From an uncultured delta proteobacterium (GTDB lineage: Bacteria; Myxococcota; Myxococcia; Myxococcales; Myxococcaceae), in the NCBI GenBank assembly GCA_963713045.1, contig CAVQKE010000003.1, forward strand, positions 224,001 to 288,000: a DNA stretch of 64,000 nucleotides, given 5' to 3'. The notes beneath the pieces are model-generated. The model had not been told where the DNA came from and did no database searches. It worked only from the letters and a program-made list of their open reading frames with translations. The position numbers and the translations under genes are program-made. Of the stretch, positions 21,886 through 32,150 are shown one piece after another. Numbering within the stretch: the stretch's first letter is position 1; each line of letters begins with the position of its first letter.

Positions 21886-22134
21886 CTACTCGACTACCTC
21901 AAGCCCTTGAGAGAGCGTCTGGCGAAGTGGCGCATTCGCGGAGACTGGCGGCCCAGTGACAGTGCGCACATCAGCACGCCCAAAAGCATCGACCGTGAAG
22001 AATGTGTTCGTGCGAGCGTCGATGGACTGGATGATTTGTTCCACGGTCCACCACCAGCCGACACCGCCCGCACCAATAATCGCTTCGTGAGATGGTGCAC
22101 TCTCGGTAATACACGTGATCTCACCGTCGGACAT
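21886..22134 (-). pseudogene. DUF3892-like protein with degraded C-terminus
   Basis: EITCI...HEAIIGAGGVGWWWTVEQIIQSIDARTNTFFT resembles DUF3892; the typical NLLxLPEC end is missing. Confidence 0.6.
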
Positions 22135-22281
22135 CGGGAGTTCTCCAAGAAGTATTAGTCCATCCCGACGCCAGGGGATTCGCAACGCGAAGTGTCAAAG
22201 CACTAGCGTCACATAGTCACCTGGTGGCCACAGCCAACTCCGAATGGCAACCCACTCAGTAGCCCTGGTATCATTGTCGCA

Positions 22282-22635
22282 ATGGAGAGAGTCTCAACGG
22301 AGTCAGCTGATGCGCACTCGCACCGCCCGCGGGAGAGTCGTATCCAGGCTGAGTTGGAAGTTCGAATCGCTGACCCCGAGCTGTCGTGGCATCAAACCAA
22401 CTCACGAGATTTCTCGCTTTCCGGGATGTGCGTAAGGAGTCCGCGGCCGTACGCCGTGGGGCATCACCTCGCGATTCAAATCGCACTCGGAGGCGAATAC
22501 CTTGAGCTTCAGGGCGTTGTGACTTGGACTAATCCGTCCGAACAGGTCCACGGAGTGCATTTCGTGGATGTGCCACCGGAGGCGGAGGCTCGCCTGGAAG
22601 CAGTCGTCTGGCTACTGACCGGACTCGCGGCCTGA
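22282..22635 (+). CDS. PilZ domain protein
   Basis: RPRESR and DFSLSGMCV c-di-GMP-binding motifs; GVHF. Confidence 0.85.
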   Translation: MERVSTESADAHSHRPRESRIQAELEVRIADPELSWHQTNSRDFSLSGMCVRSPRPYAVGHHLAIQIALGGEYLELQGVVTWTNPSEQVHGVHFVDVPPEAEARLEAVVWLLTGLAA

Positions 22636-23154
22636 CGACGTGGCTGGCGACCTACTGCGAGTCGCCGCCAAAATGCCGCGGAGGATTTCAAGCGGCCTTG
22701 GTGGACACCCTGCGACGATGACGTCAACCGGAATCACCTTCGCGACTCCACCGCGGACCGCGTAGCTTGTGCCAAAGACTCCGCCGCAAGCGGCACAGTC
22801 TCCGACGGCGACCACCAGCTTTGGTTCTGGCGTTGCTGTGTAGGTGCGCTGCAGAGCCTCCTCCATGTTGACGGAGACTGGACCCGTGACCAGTAGCAGG
22901 TCTGCATGGCGCGGGCTCGCGACGAAGCGAATCCCAGCGCCCTCGAGATTGTAATAAGCGTTGGTGAGGGCGTGAATCTCGAGCTCGCAGCCGTTGCACG
23001 ACCCGGCATCGACATGGCGGATGCAGAGTGCGCGACCGAGCACCGCAAGCAACGAGGCCTGCAGCGTCTCTTGTTCGAGCGAAACGCGTTCCGGCTCCGG
23101 AAGCGGTTCGCTCAGAACGCCTGTACGGAAGATGCGACCCAGCACGTCTAGCAT
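22612..23154 (-). CDS. Ehr small subunit (HyfI/NuoB-like)
   Basis: GSCNGCE, ASPRHAD, GDCA and GCPP Fe-S ligands. Confidence 0.92.
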   Translation of the reverse strand: MLDVLGRIFRTGVLSEPLPEPERVSLEQETLQASLLAVLGRALCIRHVDAGSCNGCELEIHALTNAYYNLEGAGIRFVASPRHADLLLVTGPVSVNMEEALQRTYTATPEPKLVVAVGDCAACGGVFGTSYAVRGGVAKVIPVDVIVAGCPPRPLEILRGILAATRSRSPATSSGRESGQ

Positions 23155-23162
23155 CGCTCACC

Positions 23163-24701
23163 TCAACCGTCGTGGCCGCTATAAGAAAGATTGAACGACT
23201 TATTGATGAGGGGAAAATCCGGCACGATGTTTCCGAGAATCGCATGCTCCAAGAGTGGCCAATTCTGCCAGGACGGGTCATGCAGATGACATCGCCGGAT
23301 GCTCGAGCCAACGCCGGACTCGAGAGCAATCATGACCGGGCCCCGCCACCCTTCCACAACACCGAGGCCGAGGCAATCGGGCGCGGCTGGAGCAACTTCG
23401 GCCCGAATCGGGCCTGCCGGCAATCCGTTGAGCAATAGGCGGCACAGGCGAATTGCTTCGAGGACTTCATCGAAGCGCACCTGCACCCGTGCCGCAACGT
23501 CGCCAGCAATCTGGACGGCCACCTTCGGCGAGAGGCTCTCGTAGGGGCGCCAAGGCTGATCGACGCGTAAGTCACGCGCAATGCCTGACGCCCGTCCAGC
23601 CAAGCCGATTGCGCCAAGCTTGTGGGCCAACTCGCGTTCGAGCCGCCCGCACTCCCGGAACCTGTCTTGAAGTCCGGGGTGGTTGTCGTAGATGGCACGG
23701 AGCTCGCGAACAGCCCCTTCTAGTGCTGTGAATTGTCCCTCCAGAACCTGTCCCGCCTGGGCAGGAAGCTCTTGTGCGACGCCGCCCGGAAGGACGAAGT
23801 CGAACAAGTACCGTGCTCCGAATGCAGCGGCATTGGTACGGAGCAGGTCCTCCTTCAGGCGGGAGAACTGGCTGAGCCCGAAGGCGAGGCCCGCGTCGTT
23901 TCCGAGCGCGCCAAGGTCGCCCAGGTGGTTCGCGATGCGCTCGCGTTCCAGCGCCACGGCCCGGAGCGCCATGGCACGTGGGGGTGACTCGGTTTCGGTG
24001 ATGGCCTCCAGCGCCGCACAGTATGCCCAGGCGAACGCCACCGCCGAATCACCCGAAGCCCGTGCAGCCAAGCGGTGCGCCTCCTGCTGAGTGAATTGCT
24101 CGAAACGCTTGGCGATGCCTTTGTGCGCGTAGCCGAGGCGCTCCTCGAGGCGTAGGACCTTTTCTCCGACGACGGAAAACCGAAAATTTCCTGGCTCGAT
24201 GGTGCCTGCGTGAACAGGCCCGACTGCGATTTCATGAACGCCGTCTCCCGCGACCGAGACGAAAGAGTACTGGTTGGAGGCGACCGGGTATTGCTGGTCC
24301 GGGCTGGTGTCCTTGCGCAACGGGAATACTGCCTCCGGCCAGCCGCCGTGCCTGATCCATGGGCGTTCGTCGCCGCTCTCGGCTCTCAGGCCAAGCAGGT
24401 CCTTCACTGCGCGCTGTAGACGTCCAGCGACGGGAAACAGGGGCTCCAGGCTTGGATAGGTGGGCGCCGTCGCTCTCACGGCGTGCTCCACGACGAGGAC
24501 TTCGTCTTGGAGGAGGTATGCAGCGTAAACGCGGAAACAGACATCTCGGTCACGGTCGTCTGCGCCCCAGAGGGAGAGCAAGCCCGCTCCGGCGCTCTTG
24601 AGCACGTTGGCTACCGTGAGCCAATGGTGCCCGTCAACCGCCACGCGGCTCGCCCGTATGTTGGCGGGGAGAGGATTCCTTTTGAACGAATCAGGTAACA
24701 T
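23163..24701 (-). CDS. Ehr large subunit (HyfG/NuoCD-like) without NiFe cysteines
   Basis: GPVHAGTIEPG and GYAHKG; RASGDS in place of RxCxxC; C-terminal DFPLINKSFNLSYSGHD without CxxC. Confidence 0.92.
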   Translation of the reverse strand: MLPDSFKRNPLPANIRASRVAVDGHHWLTVANVLKSAGAGLLSLWGADDRDRDVCFRVYAAYLLQDEVLVVEHAVRATAPTYPSLEPLFPVAGRLQRAVKDLLGLRAESGDERPWIRHGGWPEAVFPLRKDTSPDQQYPVASNQYSFVSVAGDGVHEIAVGPVHAGTIEPGNFRFSVVGEKVLRLEERLGYAHKGIAKRFEQFTQQEAHRLAARASGDSAVAFAWAYCAALEAITETESPPRAMALRAVALERERIANHLGDLGALGNDAGLAFGLSQFSRLKEDLLRTNAAAFGARYLFDFVLPGGVAQELPAQAGQVLEGQFTALEGAVRELRAIYDNHPGLQDRFRECGRLERELAHKLGAIGLAGRASGIARDLRVDQPWRPYESLSPKVAVQIAGDVAARVQVRFDEVLEAIRLCRLLLNGLPAGPIRAEVAPAAPDCLGLGVVEGWRGPVMIALESGVGSSIRRCHLHDPSWQNWPLLEHAILGNIVPDFPLINKSFNLSYSGHDG

Positions 24702-24704
24702 ATC

Positions 24705-26153
24705 TCAGCCGATGAGCTTCGCGGCGAGGCGGTACCAATTCGCGAGCGCCGGCGGCATGTAAATTCCAAGAACGAGCACCATTGCCAGGTGCATGAATAC
24801 CGGCACCAACGCTGGATAGTGGGGCAACGGAGGGGCCTCGGTCTCGCCGAAGACCATCGGCTGGACACGACCAAAGATTGCAGCGAAGGCAACGCCCAGT
24901 GCCGCGAGCAGAATGGGCGTCGCCCAGGCGTGGTCCCGCATGGCGGTCGTAAGGATGAGGAATTCACTGGCAAAGACTCCGAATGGGGGCATTCCGAGAA
25001 TGGCCAGCGCACCGAGCATCAGACCCCAACCGACGGTTGGGCTGAGCATGAGGAGGCCGCGAATGCGATCCATGCGCTGTGTCCCGGCCGTTTGTGAGGC
25101 GTGCCCAGCCGCAAAGAAGATGGCTGACTTGGTGAGCGAATGGACGGTCATGTGCAGAAGCGCGGCAAAATTGGCGACCAGACCCCCCATCCCGAAGGCG
25201 AACGTAACAATCCCCATGTGTTCAATCGACGAGTAGGCGAAGAGGCGCTTGATGTCGCGCTGCCGCCACAGGAAGAAGGACCCCACGAGTGCAGACAGCA
25301 GTCCAAACGCCATGAGCATCCGACCTGGAAGGGCATGAATCGACCCCTCCACGAGCACCTTGCAGCGAATGACGGCATACAGCGCGACGTTGAGTAGCAA
25401 TCCCGAGAGTACGGCCGAGACGGGCGTCGGACCCTCGGCGTGTGCGTCAGGCAGCCAGTTGTGAAGCGGCGCGAGGCCGACCTTCGTGCCATAGCCCACG
25501 AGGAGGAAGACGAAGGCGAGGCTGAGGACCGTCGGTTCCAGTTGCCCCTTGACCGCGTTGAGGTGCGTCCACAAGAGGGCGGCCATGCCCTCTCCACCGA
25601 GCAAGCCTTCTGCCGCGAAGTACAGGAGAATGGTGCCGAACAGGGCCTGGGCGATGCCTACGCCGCAGAGAATGAAGTATTTCCAGGCCGCCTCGAGACT
25701 GGCGCGGGTCCGGTAGAGCGAAACCAATAGGACAGTGGAGAGCGTCGCTGCCTCCATGGCCACCCAGAGCAACCCCATGTTGTTGGTTAAGAGCGCCAAC
25801 AACATCGCAGCCATGAAGAGCTGGTACATGCTGTGGTAGAGGCGCAATCGCCTAGGGTTCAGCCGTCCCTTGTGCTCCTCGATGCGCATATAGGGCCGCG
25901 AGAAGAGGGCGGTGGTGAAACCGACGAAGGCAGTCAGCGCCACCAAGAACACGTTGAACGGGTCGATGAAAAACTGCTCGCGCCACACAAGCATCGGTCC
26001 GTCGTGGATGACTCGCAGGACCAGCAACGAGGCCGCCGCCAGTGTGCCCAAGCTCATGAGTACATTGACTTCGGGCGCGAAGCGACGCGCTCCAACCAAG
26101 GCAAGGACCGCAGCACCAAGGAGCGGAACGCCGAGGACGAGCAGGAGCTCCAA
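24705..26153 (-). CDS. hyfF: Hydrogenase-4 subunit F-like antiporter subunit
   Basis: EAAWKY, GYGTKVGLAPLHNWLPDAHAEGPTP and AYSSIEHMG. Confidence 0.92.
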   Translation of the reverse strand: MELLLVLGVPLLGAAVLALVGARRFAPEVNVLMSLGTLAAASLLVLRVIHDGPMLVWREQFFIDPFNVFLVALTAFVGFTTALFSRPYMRIEEHKGRLNPRRLRLYHSMYQLFMAAMLLALLTNNMGLLWVAMEAATLSTVLLVSLYRTRASLEAAWKYFILCGVGIAQALFGTILLYFAAEGLLGGEGMAALLWTHLNAVKGQLEPTVLSLAFVFLLVGYGTKVGLAPLHNWLPDAHAEGPTPVSAVLSGLLLNVALYAVIRCKVLVEGSIHALPGRMLMAFGLLSALVGSFFLWRQRDIKRLFAYSSIEHMGIVTFAFGMGGLVANFAALLHMTVHSLTKSAIFFAAGHASQTAGTQRMDRIRGLLMLSPTVGWGLMLGALAILGMPPFGVFASEFLILTTAMRDHAWATPILLAALGVAFAAIFGRVQPMVFGETEAPPLPHYPALVPVFMHLAMVLVLGIYMPPALANWYRLAAKLIG

Positions 26154-26154
26154 G

Positions 26155-26820
26155 TCAGTCCTCCTTCAGGGCTTCGAGGTGGTGCAGGTCGAGACTTTCG
26201 AACTGTTCGCGAATCTGGAAAAAGAAGATGCCGAGGATGAAGACGCCCACAAGCACGTCGAGGGCGATGCCCAGCTCGACCACCATCGGCATTCCGTAAG
26301 TGGCGCTGGTCGCGGCGAAAAACAGTCCATTCTCCATTGCCAAGAACCCGACCACCTGGGTGACTGCTTTCCGCCGAGTAATCATCATCATGAAGGCCAA
26401 CAGGATGACCGCCAGCGCGATACCGAGCGTGTTCCGGGTGATCGTCGTCGCCAGGGCGCTAATCGGCTGTGCCAGCCCGAAGGCAAAAATGACCAAGGCG
26501 ACACCGAGCAGCATCGTCGTGGGAATGTTGATGAGAGGCTCGGTGTCCCACTGAGCTTCGAGCTCACGAACGAGGCGAAGCAGAATCCAGGGAAGTAGTC
26601 CGACCTTGAGAACGAGCGTCAATCCCGCAGAGAAGTAGAGGTGTCGAAGGCCGGCGCTGTATGCCACCAAAGTGGTGGATGCGAAAAGAATCGCTCCCTG
26701 CCAGGCGAAGAGGGCAATGAGCCGCCGCGTCCGCCTCTGGGACAGCATCGCAAAAGAGATAAGCAACAGACCGGCGGCGAACCCGTTCAACAACTGGGCG
26801 GTCAGGGTCGGCGTGGGCAT
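26155..26820 (-). CDS. hyfE: Hydrogenase-4 subunit E-like membrane protein
   Basis: QVVGFLAMENG and MPMVVELG. Confidence 0.9.
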   Translation of the reverse strand: MPTPTLTAQLLNGFAAGLLLISFAMLSQRRTRRLIALFAWQGAILFASTTLVAYSAGLRHLYFSAGLTLVLKVGLLPWILLRLVRELEAQWDTEPLINIPTTMLLGVALVIFAFGLAQPISALATTITRNTLGIALAVILLAFMMMITRRKAVTQVVGFLAMENGLFFAATSATYGMPMVVELGIALDVLVGVFILGIFFFQIREQFESLDLHHLEALKED

Positions 26821-26823
26821 GAG

Positions 26824-27774
26824 TCACGCTCCAAGCAAGAGATGAAGCAGAAGGCCCAGAACCGCGAGCAGGAAGGCCATGGCGAGAAATTCCGGAGCGC
26901 GAAAAATGCGAAGCTTCGCAGAGACGGTTTCGATAAGAGCCAGACCGACTCCCACGACCGCGAGCTTCGCAAGGAGGGCTCCGACGGCAACCAACAGCGC
27001 GCCACCCCCAGTGCCTCGCGTGGCGATGCCCCAGGGGACGAATAGAGCAAAGCCAATGCAGGCGTAATTGAAGAGCTTGAGAGCCGACGCCCACTCCACG
27101 AGGGCAAGATGGCGCGCTGAATACTCCAGCAGCATGGCCTCGTGAATCATCGTCAACTCCAGGTGGGTCGCCGGGTTGTCGATGGGAATTCGCGCGTTTT
27201 CTGCCAGAAGAACCATCACAAACGCGACGCCGGCGAAAGCAAGGCTCGGATAGATGATGAACGGAGGCGCTGCCAAACGCTCGACAACGTTCGGCAGGGC
27301 GGTGCTTCCAGAGATGAGGAAGCCGTTGAAGAAGACCATCAGGAGCGCTGGCTCAGCGAGGAAGCCGACCATCATTTCCCGACGCGCCCCGAGCGTTCCG
27401 AAGGCCGTTCCAATGTCCATTGCAGCGAGCGCGATGAACACCCTAGCCGTGGCGAAGAGCCCAACGAGCGCGATGGCGTCAGCAACGCGTGCGAACGGGA
27501 GGTCCGTCGCCACTGATGGAATGATGGCAGCGGCCAGAACCATGGTGCCGTAGAGCACGTAGGGTGTCAGCCGAAAAAGAGCCGACGCATGCTCGGCCAG
27601 CGCCGCGTCCTTCCAAAACAGCTTGCGGAGCATTCGCCAGGGCTGGAGCAACGGCGGTGCCGAGCGGTTCTGGAGCCAAGCACGACATTGGGCAACCCAC
27701 CCGACGAAGAATGGTGCGAGCGCGATGGCGAGAACAACCTCGGCGAGTTGGCGTACCAGAGCGAGCGGGCTCAC
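26824..27774 (-). CDS. hyfC: HyfC/NuoH-like membrane subunit
   Basis: AENARIPIDNPATHLELTMIHEAMLLEYS. Confidence 0.92.
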   Translation of the reverse strand: MSPLALVRQLAEVVLAIALAPFFVGWVAQCRAWLQNRSAPPLLQPWRMLRKLFWKDAALAEHASALFRLTPYVLYGTMVLAAAIIPSVATDLPFARVADAIALVGLFATARVFIALAAMDIGTAFGTLGARREMMVGFLAEPALLMVFFNGFLISGSTALPNVVERLAAPPFIIYPSLAFAGVAFVMVLLAENARIPIDNPATHLELTMIHEAMLLEYSARHLALVEWASALKLFNYACIGFALFVPWGIATRGTGGGALLVAVGALLAKLAVVGVGLALIETVSAKLRIFRAPEFLAMAFLLAVLGLLLHLLLGA

Positions 27775-29780
27775 AGAACGAACACCAACAGCGCGATGAG
27801 GGTGAGGAAGCCGTAGAGGAGGTAGATAGCGAGCCGTCCTCCCTGAAGAACAGACACGGCTTCAGCCAAGCGTTGGACCCCGCGTCCAATCGGTAAATAG
27901 AGGCCCTGCCAGAGGCGATCCTCGATGTGGATGCGATAACGAGGTGCGCTGTCGAAGGCGGACGGCAGGTCACGCTCCATTCGGAAGAAGGGCCCGAACA
28001 TGTGGCGGATGGGCTGGCCAAACCCTTCGGCGGTGTCTTGCATCCGCGGCGTTTGCCACGGATAACCACAGTCCCAGGACGCCGTTCGTCGCACGCGCCC
28101 GTGGTAGAGGAGGCGCACCACCACGAACGTGACGGCGACGACGCCGAGGATGCCCGCGAGGAGCAAGAAGCCACTGTAGGCGGCCTGTCGCGGCGCCACG
28201 GGGGCCAGCGACCAAGCCGATGGTCCCGACTGGACCGCAGTCCCCAATAGACTGCGGGTGATGGCGGCGGTCAGAGCCAACACCAGCTGCGGGAAAGTGC
28301 CGAGCGCGACGCACCACACCGCCAGCCAGGCGAGACCGATGCGCTCGAACCACCCAGCGTCGTGCGCCTTCATGAGCGAAGCCTCGCGGGGCTGGCCGAG
28401 AAAGATGATTCCGTAGAACTTGACCATCACGTAACCCGCCAAGGCGGCGGTCAGGGCAAGCGCCGCAGCACCGAGCGGAATCGTCATGTTCACGAAGGTT
28501 TTTGGAATCTGCGGCGTGTAAAGGAACGCCTGCAGCAGTAACCATTCTGAAACGAAGCCGTTGAGCGGCGGCAGTCCAGCGATGGCGAGCGTTCCGACCA
28601 ACGCCAGGGCCGCTACCCAGGGCATGCGGCGAATTAATCCACCGAGCTTCCCAAGATTGCGCTCTTTCGTCGCGTGCAATACCGAGCCAGTAGCGAGGAA
28701 GAGCAGGCTCTTGAAGAGCGCGTGATTGAGTGAATGAACCAAAGCCGCGGTGAGCGCCAACGCGGCGAACAATTGGAGGCCAAACGCTCGAAAGAGAATC
28801 GCCAGGCCGATGCCAGTGAAGATGACCCCCAAGTTCTCAATCGACGAATACGCCAGCAGGCGCTTCATGTCAGTTTGGACAGCGGCAAAAATGGCGCCGA
28901 ACAGCGCAGAGAAGAGACCGAGCGCGAGTGTCAGGGCGCCCCACCCCCAGACGCTTGTGTGGAGCAGGTCGAAACTCACGCGCAGAACGCCATAAACGGC
29001 GGTCTTGAGCATCAACCCGCTCATCATCGCTGACACTGGCGATGGGGCTGCTGGATGCGCTTCGGGTAGCCACACATGTAGTGGCACAAGACCCGCTTTG
29101 GCACCGAATCCAAGGAGAGCGAGCAAGAAGGCCACAGTTGCCCAGGGCGTTGCGAGGGTGGAGCCCCGCATCGCGTCAAAGGTGAACTGCCAGCTTCCGC
29201 CCTGGAGGACGCCGAAGCACAGCAGGATGCTGATCGCTCCGATGTGAGCGATGAGCAGATAGAGAAAGCCGGCGCGACGAATCTCCGGAATACGGTGCTG
29301 AGTCGTAACGAGGAAGTACGAGCTCAGCGCCATGGTTTCCCACGCCACCATGAACAGGTAGGCGTCGTCGGCAAGCACGACCAGAACCATGCTCGCAAGG
29401 AAGACGTAATACTGCAGACAAAGCAGACCCGGCGCTGTGCCCTCCCCGGCTCGAAAGTAGCCGGCGGCGAAGGTGGAGATGCCAGCCCCTACGCCCCCCA
29501 GCAGCACCAGAAAAAAGCCGGACAGAGCGTCGAGCCTTAAGTGGAAGGGCAGGTCCGGCAACCCGAGCGGGAGCACCATGACCTGCGGGACGGAACCTGG
29601 CTGGAGCACAACCCAGCCGGCGTAGGCGACACCCAGCCCCACCAGCGCACCGATGGGAAAGAGCAAGTGGGCGATGAATCCGACTCGATGAGGCCGGATA
29701 ACGCCGGCGACACCGAGGGCCAGCCAGCCGACGACGAGCGCGAGAAGCCAGGCGAGAGTTGGCGCTGGCGGTATTATCAT
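27771..29780 (-). CDS. hyfB: Hydrogenase-4 subunit B-like antiporter subunit
   Basis: WETMALSS, KAGLVPLHVWLPEAHPAAPS and WDCGY. Confidence 0.92.
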   Translation of the reverse strand: MIIPPAPTLAWLLALVVGWLALGVAGVIRPHRVGFIAHLLFPIGALVGLGVAYAGWVVLQPGSVPQVMVLPLGLPDLPFHLRLDALSGFFLVLLGGVGAGISTFAAGYFRAGEGTAPGLLCLQYYVFLASMVLVVLADDAYLFMVAWETMALSSYFLVTTQHRIPEIRRAGFLYLLIAHIGAISILLCFGVLQGGSWQFTFDAMRGSTLATPWATVAFLLALLGFGAKAGLVPLHVWLPEAHPAAPSPVSAMMSGLMLKTAVYGVLRVSFDLLHTSVWGWGALTLALGLFSALFGAIFAAVQTDMKRLLAYSSIENLGVIFTGIGLAILFRAFGLQLFAALALTAALVHSLNHALFKSLLFLATGSVLHATKERNLGKLGGLIRRMPWVAALALVGTLAIAGLPPLNGFVSEWLLLQAFLYTPQIPKTFVNMTIPLGAAALALTAALAGYVMVKFYGIIFLGQPREASLMKAHDAGWFERIGLAWLAVWCVALGTFPQLVLALTAAITRSLLGTAVQSGPSAWSLAPVAPRQAAYSGFLLLAGILGVVAVTFVVVRLLYHGRVRRTASWDCGYPWQTPRMQDTAEGFGQPIRHMFGPFFRMERDLPSAFDSAPRYRIHIEDRLWQGLYLPIGRGVQRLAEAVSVLQGGRLAIYLLYGFLTLIALLVFVL

Positions 29781-29816
29781 CCTATTATCATGGGGGGCGT
29801 TTCGAACGTATCTTAC

Positions 29817-30038
29817 ATGTCCATCGAGGAACGCACAGCCCGTCTCACCGTCCTCATCGACCCGCGCAAGAAGGCGGTCTTCGAGCAGCTCTGTGCAGAA
29901 GAGGACGTCACCCCGTCACAGATGGTTCGCCGCCTGATACGCGAGTTCATCGAGCTGAAACGGGGCTACCCTTGGACCCCCAAAGAGCCTAGGCAGCCCG
30001 ATTCGATTCGCGGGCTGGAACGCCGCACGAAGCGGTAA
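29817..30038 (+). CDS. CopG/ribbon-helix-helix regulator, divergent from the ehr operon
   Basis: TARLTVLIDPRKKAVFEQLCAEEDVTPSQMVRRLIREF. Confidence 0.85.
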   Translation: MSIEERTARLTVLIDPRKKAVFEQLCAEEDVTPSQMVRRLIREFIELKRGYPWTPKEPRQPDSIRGLERRTKR

Positions 30039-30397
30039 TTAGCGCGGCCTTCGCAAATGTCCGGCGGTTCTCCCTCCCGCCTTCGTTGCTCAGTCGTCGC
30101 GGCCTCGAAACGTCTCGTAGAAGTTCTGCCCCGCGCTCGTCCGGCTCAAACCTGGGTCTCCCGAGCGCTGCTGATACTGAATCCGCGGACGGAAGCCCTT
30201 TTCAGTCGCCCTTATCTCTTTCACGTGAGGACCTGCGTTTCGACTCGTTGAGCGCGATGACTGCGTCTGCTGCCTGATCTAAATAGTCAGCGGTCTGGCC
30301 AGCTGTCCGCGCCAGCAATAGAAGATCGCGAGCCAGCAGCTTGAAACCATCCGCGTCGTCCGCGGAACTCGCCACGTCGTCGCCCCCGGGGAACGGC

Positions 30398-31521
30398 CGT
30401 GCTGGCTACTTTCTCCATCCGCGCGTGCTTCCCGGCGTCCCCAGGCTTCGGCGCGCAGACACCCGAGCTTCGGAGTTCAGACTGGTAGCTTAGCGCAATG
30501 ATGCTTGGTGTCCTGTGGCGATTCCTGGTGGGACTGTTCCGCTCGCGCGCCTCGCTCGTCGCCGAGAACGAACTCCTCCGACAACAGTTGGTAGTGGCGA
30601 AGTGTCGGCTCCGGGGTAAGCGCGTGCGCTGGTGGCCCGCGCAGCGTTGGACCATCGCCGTCCTGGCGAGGTGGACCGGGACGTGGCGAACAGCGGTGAC
30701 GCTGGTCCAGCCGGCAACGGTTCTGCGGTAGCACCGAGAAGGTTTCCGCCTCTTCTGGCGATGGCGCTCCCGTCCAGGAGGCCGGAAGCCGACGGGCCTC
30801 GCGGCCCTCATCCGCGAAGTGAACTCGAACAATCCCCGCTGGGGCGCGGAGCGAATTCGGGGCGAACTCCTCAAGCTAGGACTCCGGGTCACGAAACGAA
30901 CCATTCAAAGGTACATGAAAAGGCGCCCGCCCGGTGACGGGCAGCGCTGGGCGACCTTCATCAGCAACCACGTCACGTGGGCTTGCGAGTTTGCGCAGAC
31001 CTACGACGCGCGGTTTCGGCAAGTGTTTGTTCTCTTCTTCCTCGACCTAAGTCGCCGGAAAGTCATTCGCGCCGCCGTGACATACACTCCCACCGACCAC
31101 TGGTGTGCACAGCAAGCGAGGAACGCGACTTTAGAGAGCGCACCTGAGGTGCTGGTCTGCGACCGTGACGCAAAGTTCGGCCGCTGCTTCGTGAGGGCTT
31201 TCGAAGGCACCGGAGCGTTCGTCGTGCGGTCGGCTCCCTGCGCGCCGAACATGAACGCTTTCGCTGAGCGGTTCGTCGGCACCCTCCGTCGTGAGCTGCT
31301 CGAGCACGTGCTCAAATTCAAGGAGCCGCACCTCCGAAGCCTGGTCGCCGAATTCGTGCGCTTCTACAATGGAGCTCGGCCGCATCAGGGCATCGCCCAA
31401 GAGCAGATTGTCAGAGCGCGCCGGCGACATCATCGTGATTCCGGTCCTCAATGGGCTGCATCATGACTATCGCCGCGCCGCGTGAGCCGTGCACGCTTGG
31501 AAGAACAAAGTAGCCAGCACG
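30398..31521 (+). mobile_element. IS element copy 2 (inverted), inactivated transposase
   Basis: Same IRs as copy 1; TGG>TAG stop at 30729-30731 and a short deletion near 31410. Confidence 0.85.
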
Positions 31522-31762
31522 GGACCGGCCCTGCCGTCACCGCGGCATAGGCCGTGGCGATTCGAGGCCCATCACAGGCAAGAAAAGGATCAGTGTTACG
31601 TCATGCTCCCTGCAGGGACCTCGCTAAATCCCATGCGCGGTCCTGCATCAACTCGTCGGCAGTGCACCCCCTAAGGCTGGCACGGCGACAGCCTCCCCCG
31701 GGTCCGCGGGACAGTGCCTCGAGTCTGGCCGCTCTCTCCGATTCACCATGTACTGCCTCCCG

Positions 31763-32074
31763 TCAGCCATGCTGGCCCACAGCGTGGTCAAATTTGATCT
31801 TGAGCGTGAGGCCCATTCCATGTGCGACCTTCGCGAGGAGGTTGAGGTCTGGTACGACTCGACCGCTTTCGAGACGCGCAATCGCAGACTGATGCGTCCC
31901 GGCTCGGGTTGCCACCTCCGTTTGCGTTAGTCCAAGCTCCTCCCGGAGATCCCTGAGCTGCCGCGCCAGCTGGAGCTTGTCGAACGCCCCTCGGAATCCG
32001 GAGCGGGTCCGCCGAAGTTCACGGACGTGCGCTTGGATCGAGCTACCAGCATGGGGGTTTTTAGCTTTACGCAT
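31763..32074 (-). CDS. XRE-family HTH antitoxin (HigA-like)
   Basis: LTQTEVATRAGTHQSAIARLESG; coupled to an upstream toxin remnant. Confidence 0.8.
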   Translation of the reverse strand: MRKAKNPHAGSSIQAHVRELRRTRSGFRGAFDKLQLARQLRDLREELGLTQTEVATRAGTHQSAIARLESGRVVPDLNLLAKVAHGMGLTLKIKFDHAVGQHG

Positions 32075-32150
32075 TGAGGACCTCGCTCATTCGTTTTGTG
32101 AGCCAGTTCGAGCTCGCGCCTCGGAGCTTTCTGGCTTTGCTTCCGGTAGG
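32067..32150 (-). pseudogene. C-terminal remnant of a RelE/Gp49-like toxin
   Basis: AYRKQSQKAPRRELELAHK, typical of the Gp49/HigB C-terminus; the 5' part is missing. Confidence 0.6.

Noticed and set aside
22612..29780. Functional NiFe hydrogenase-4 or formate hydrogenlyase
   Set aside because: The large subunit lacks the NiFe cysteines, and no maturation or fdh genes are in the window.
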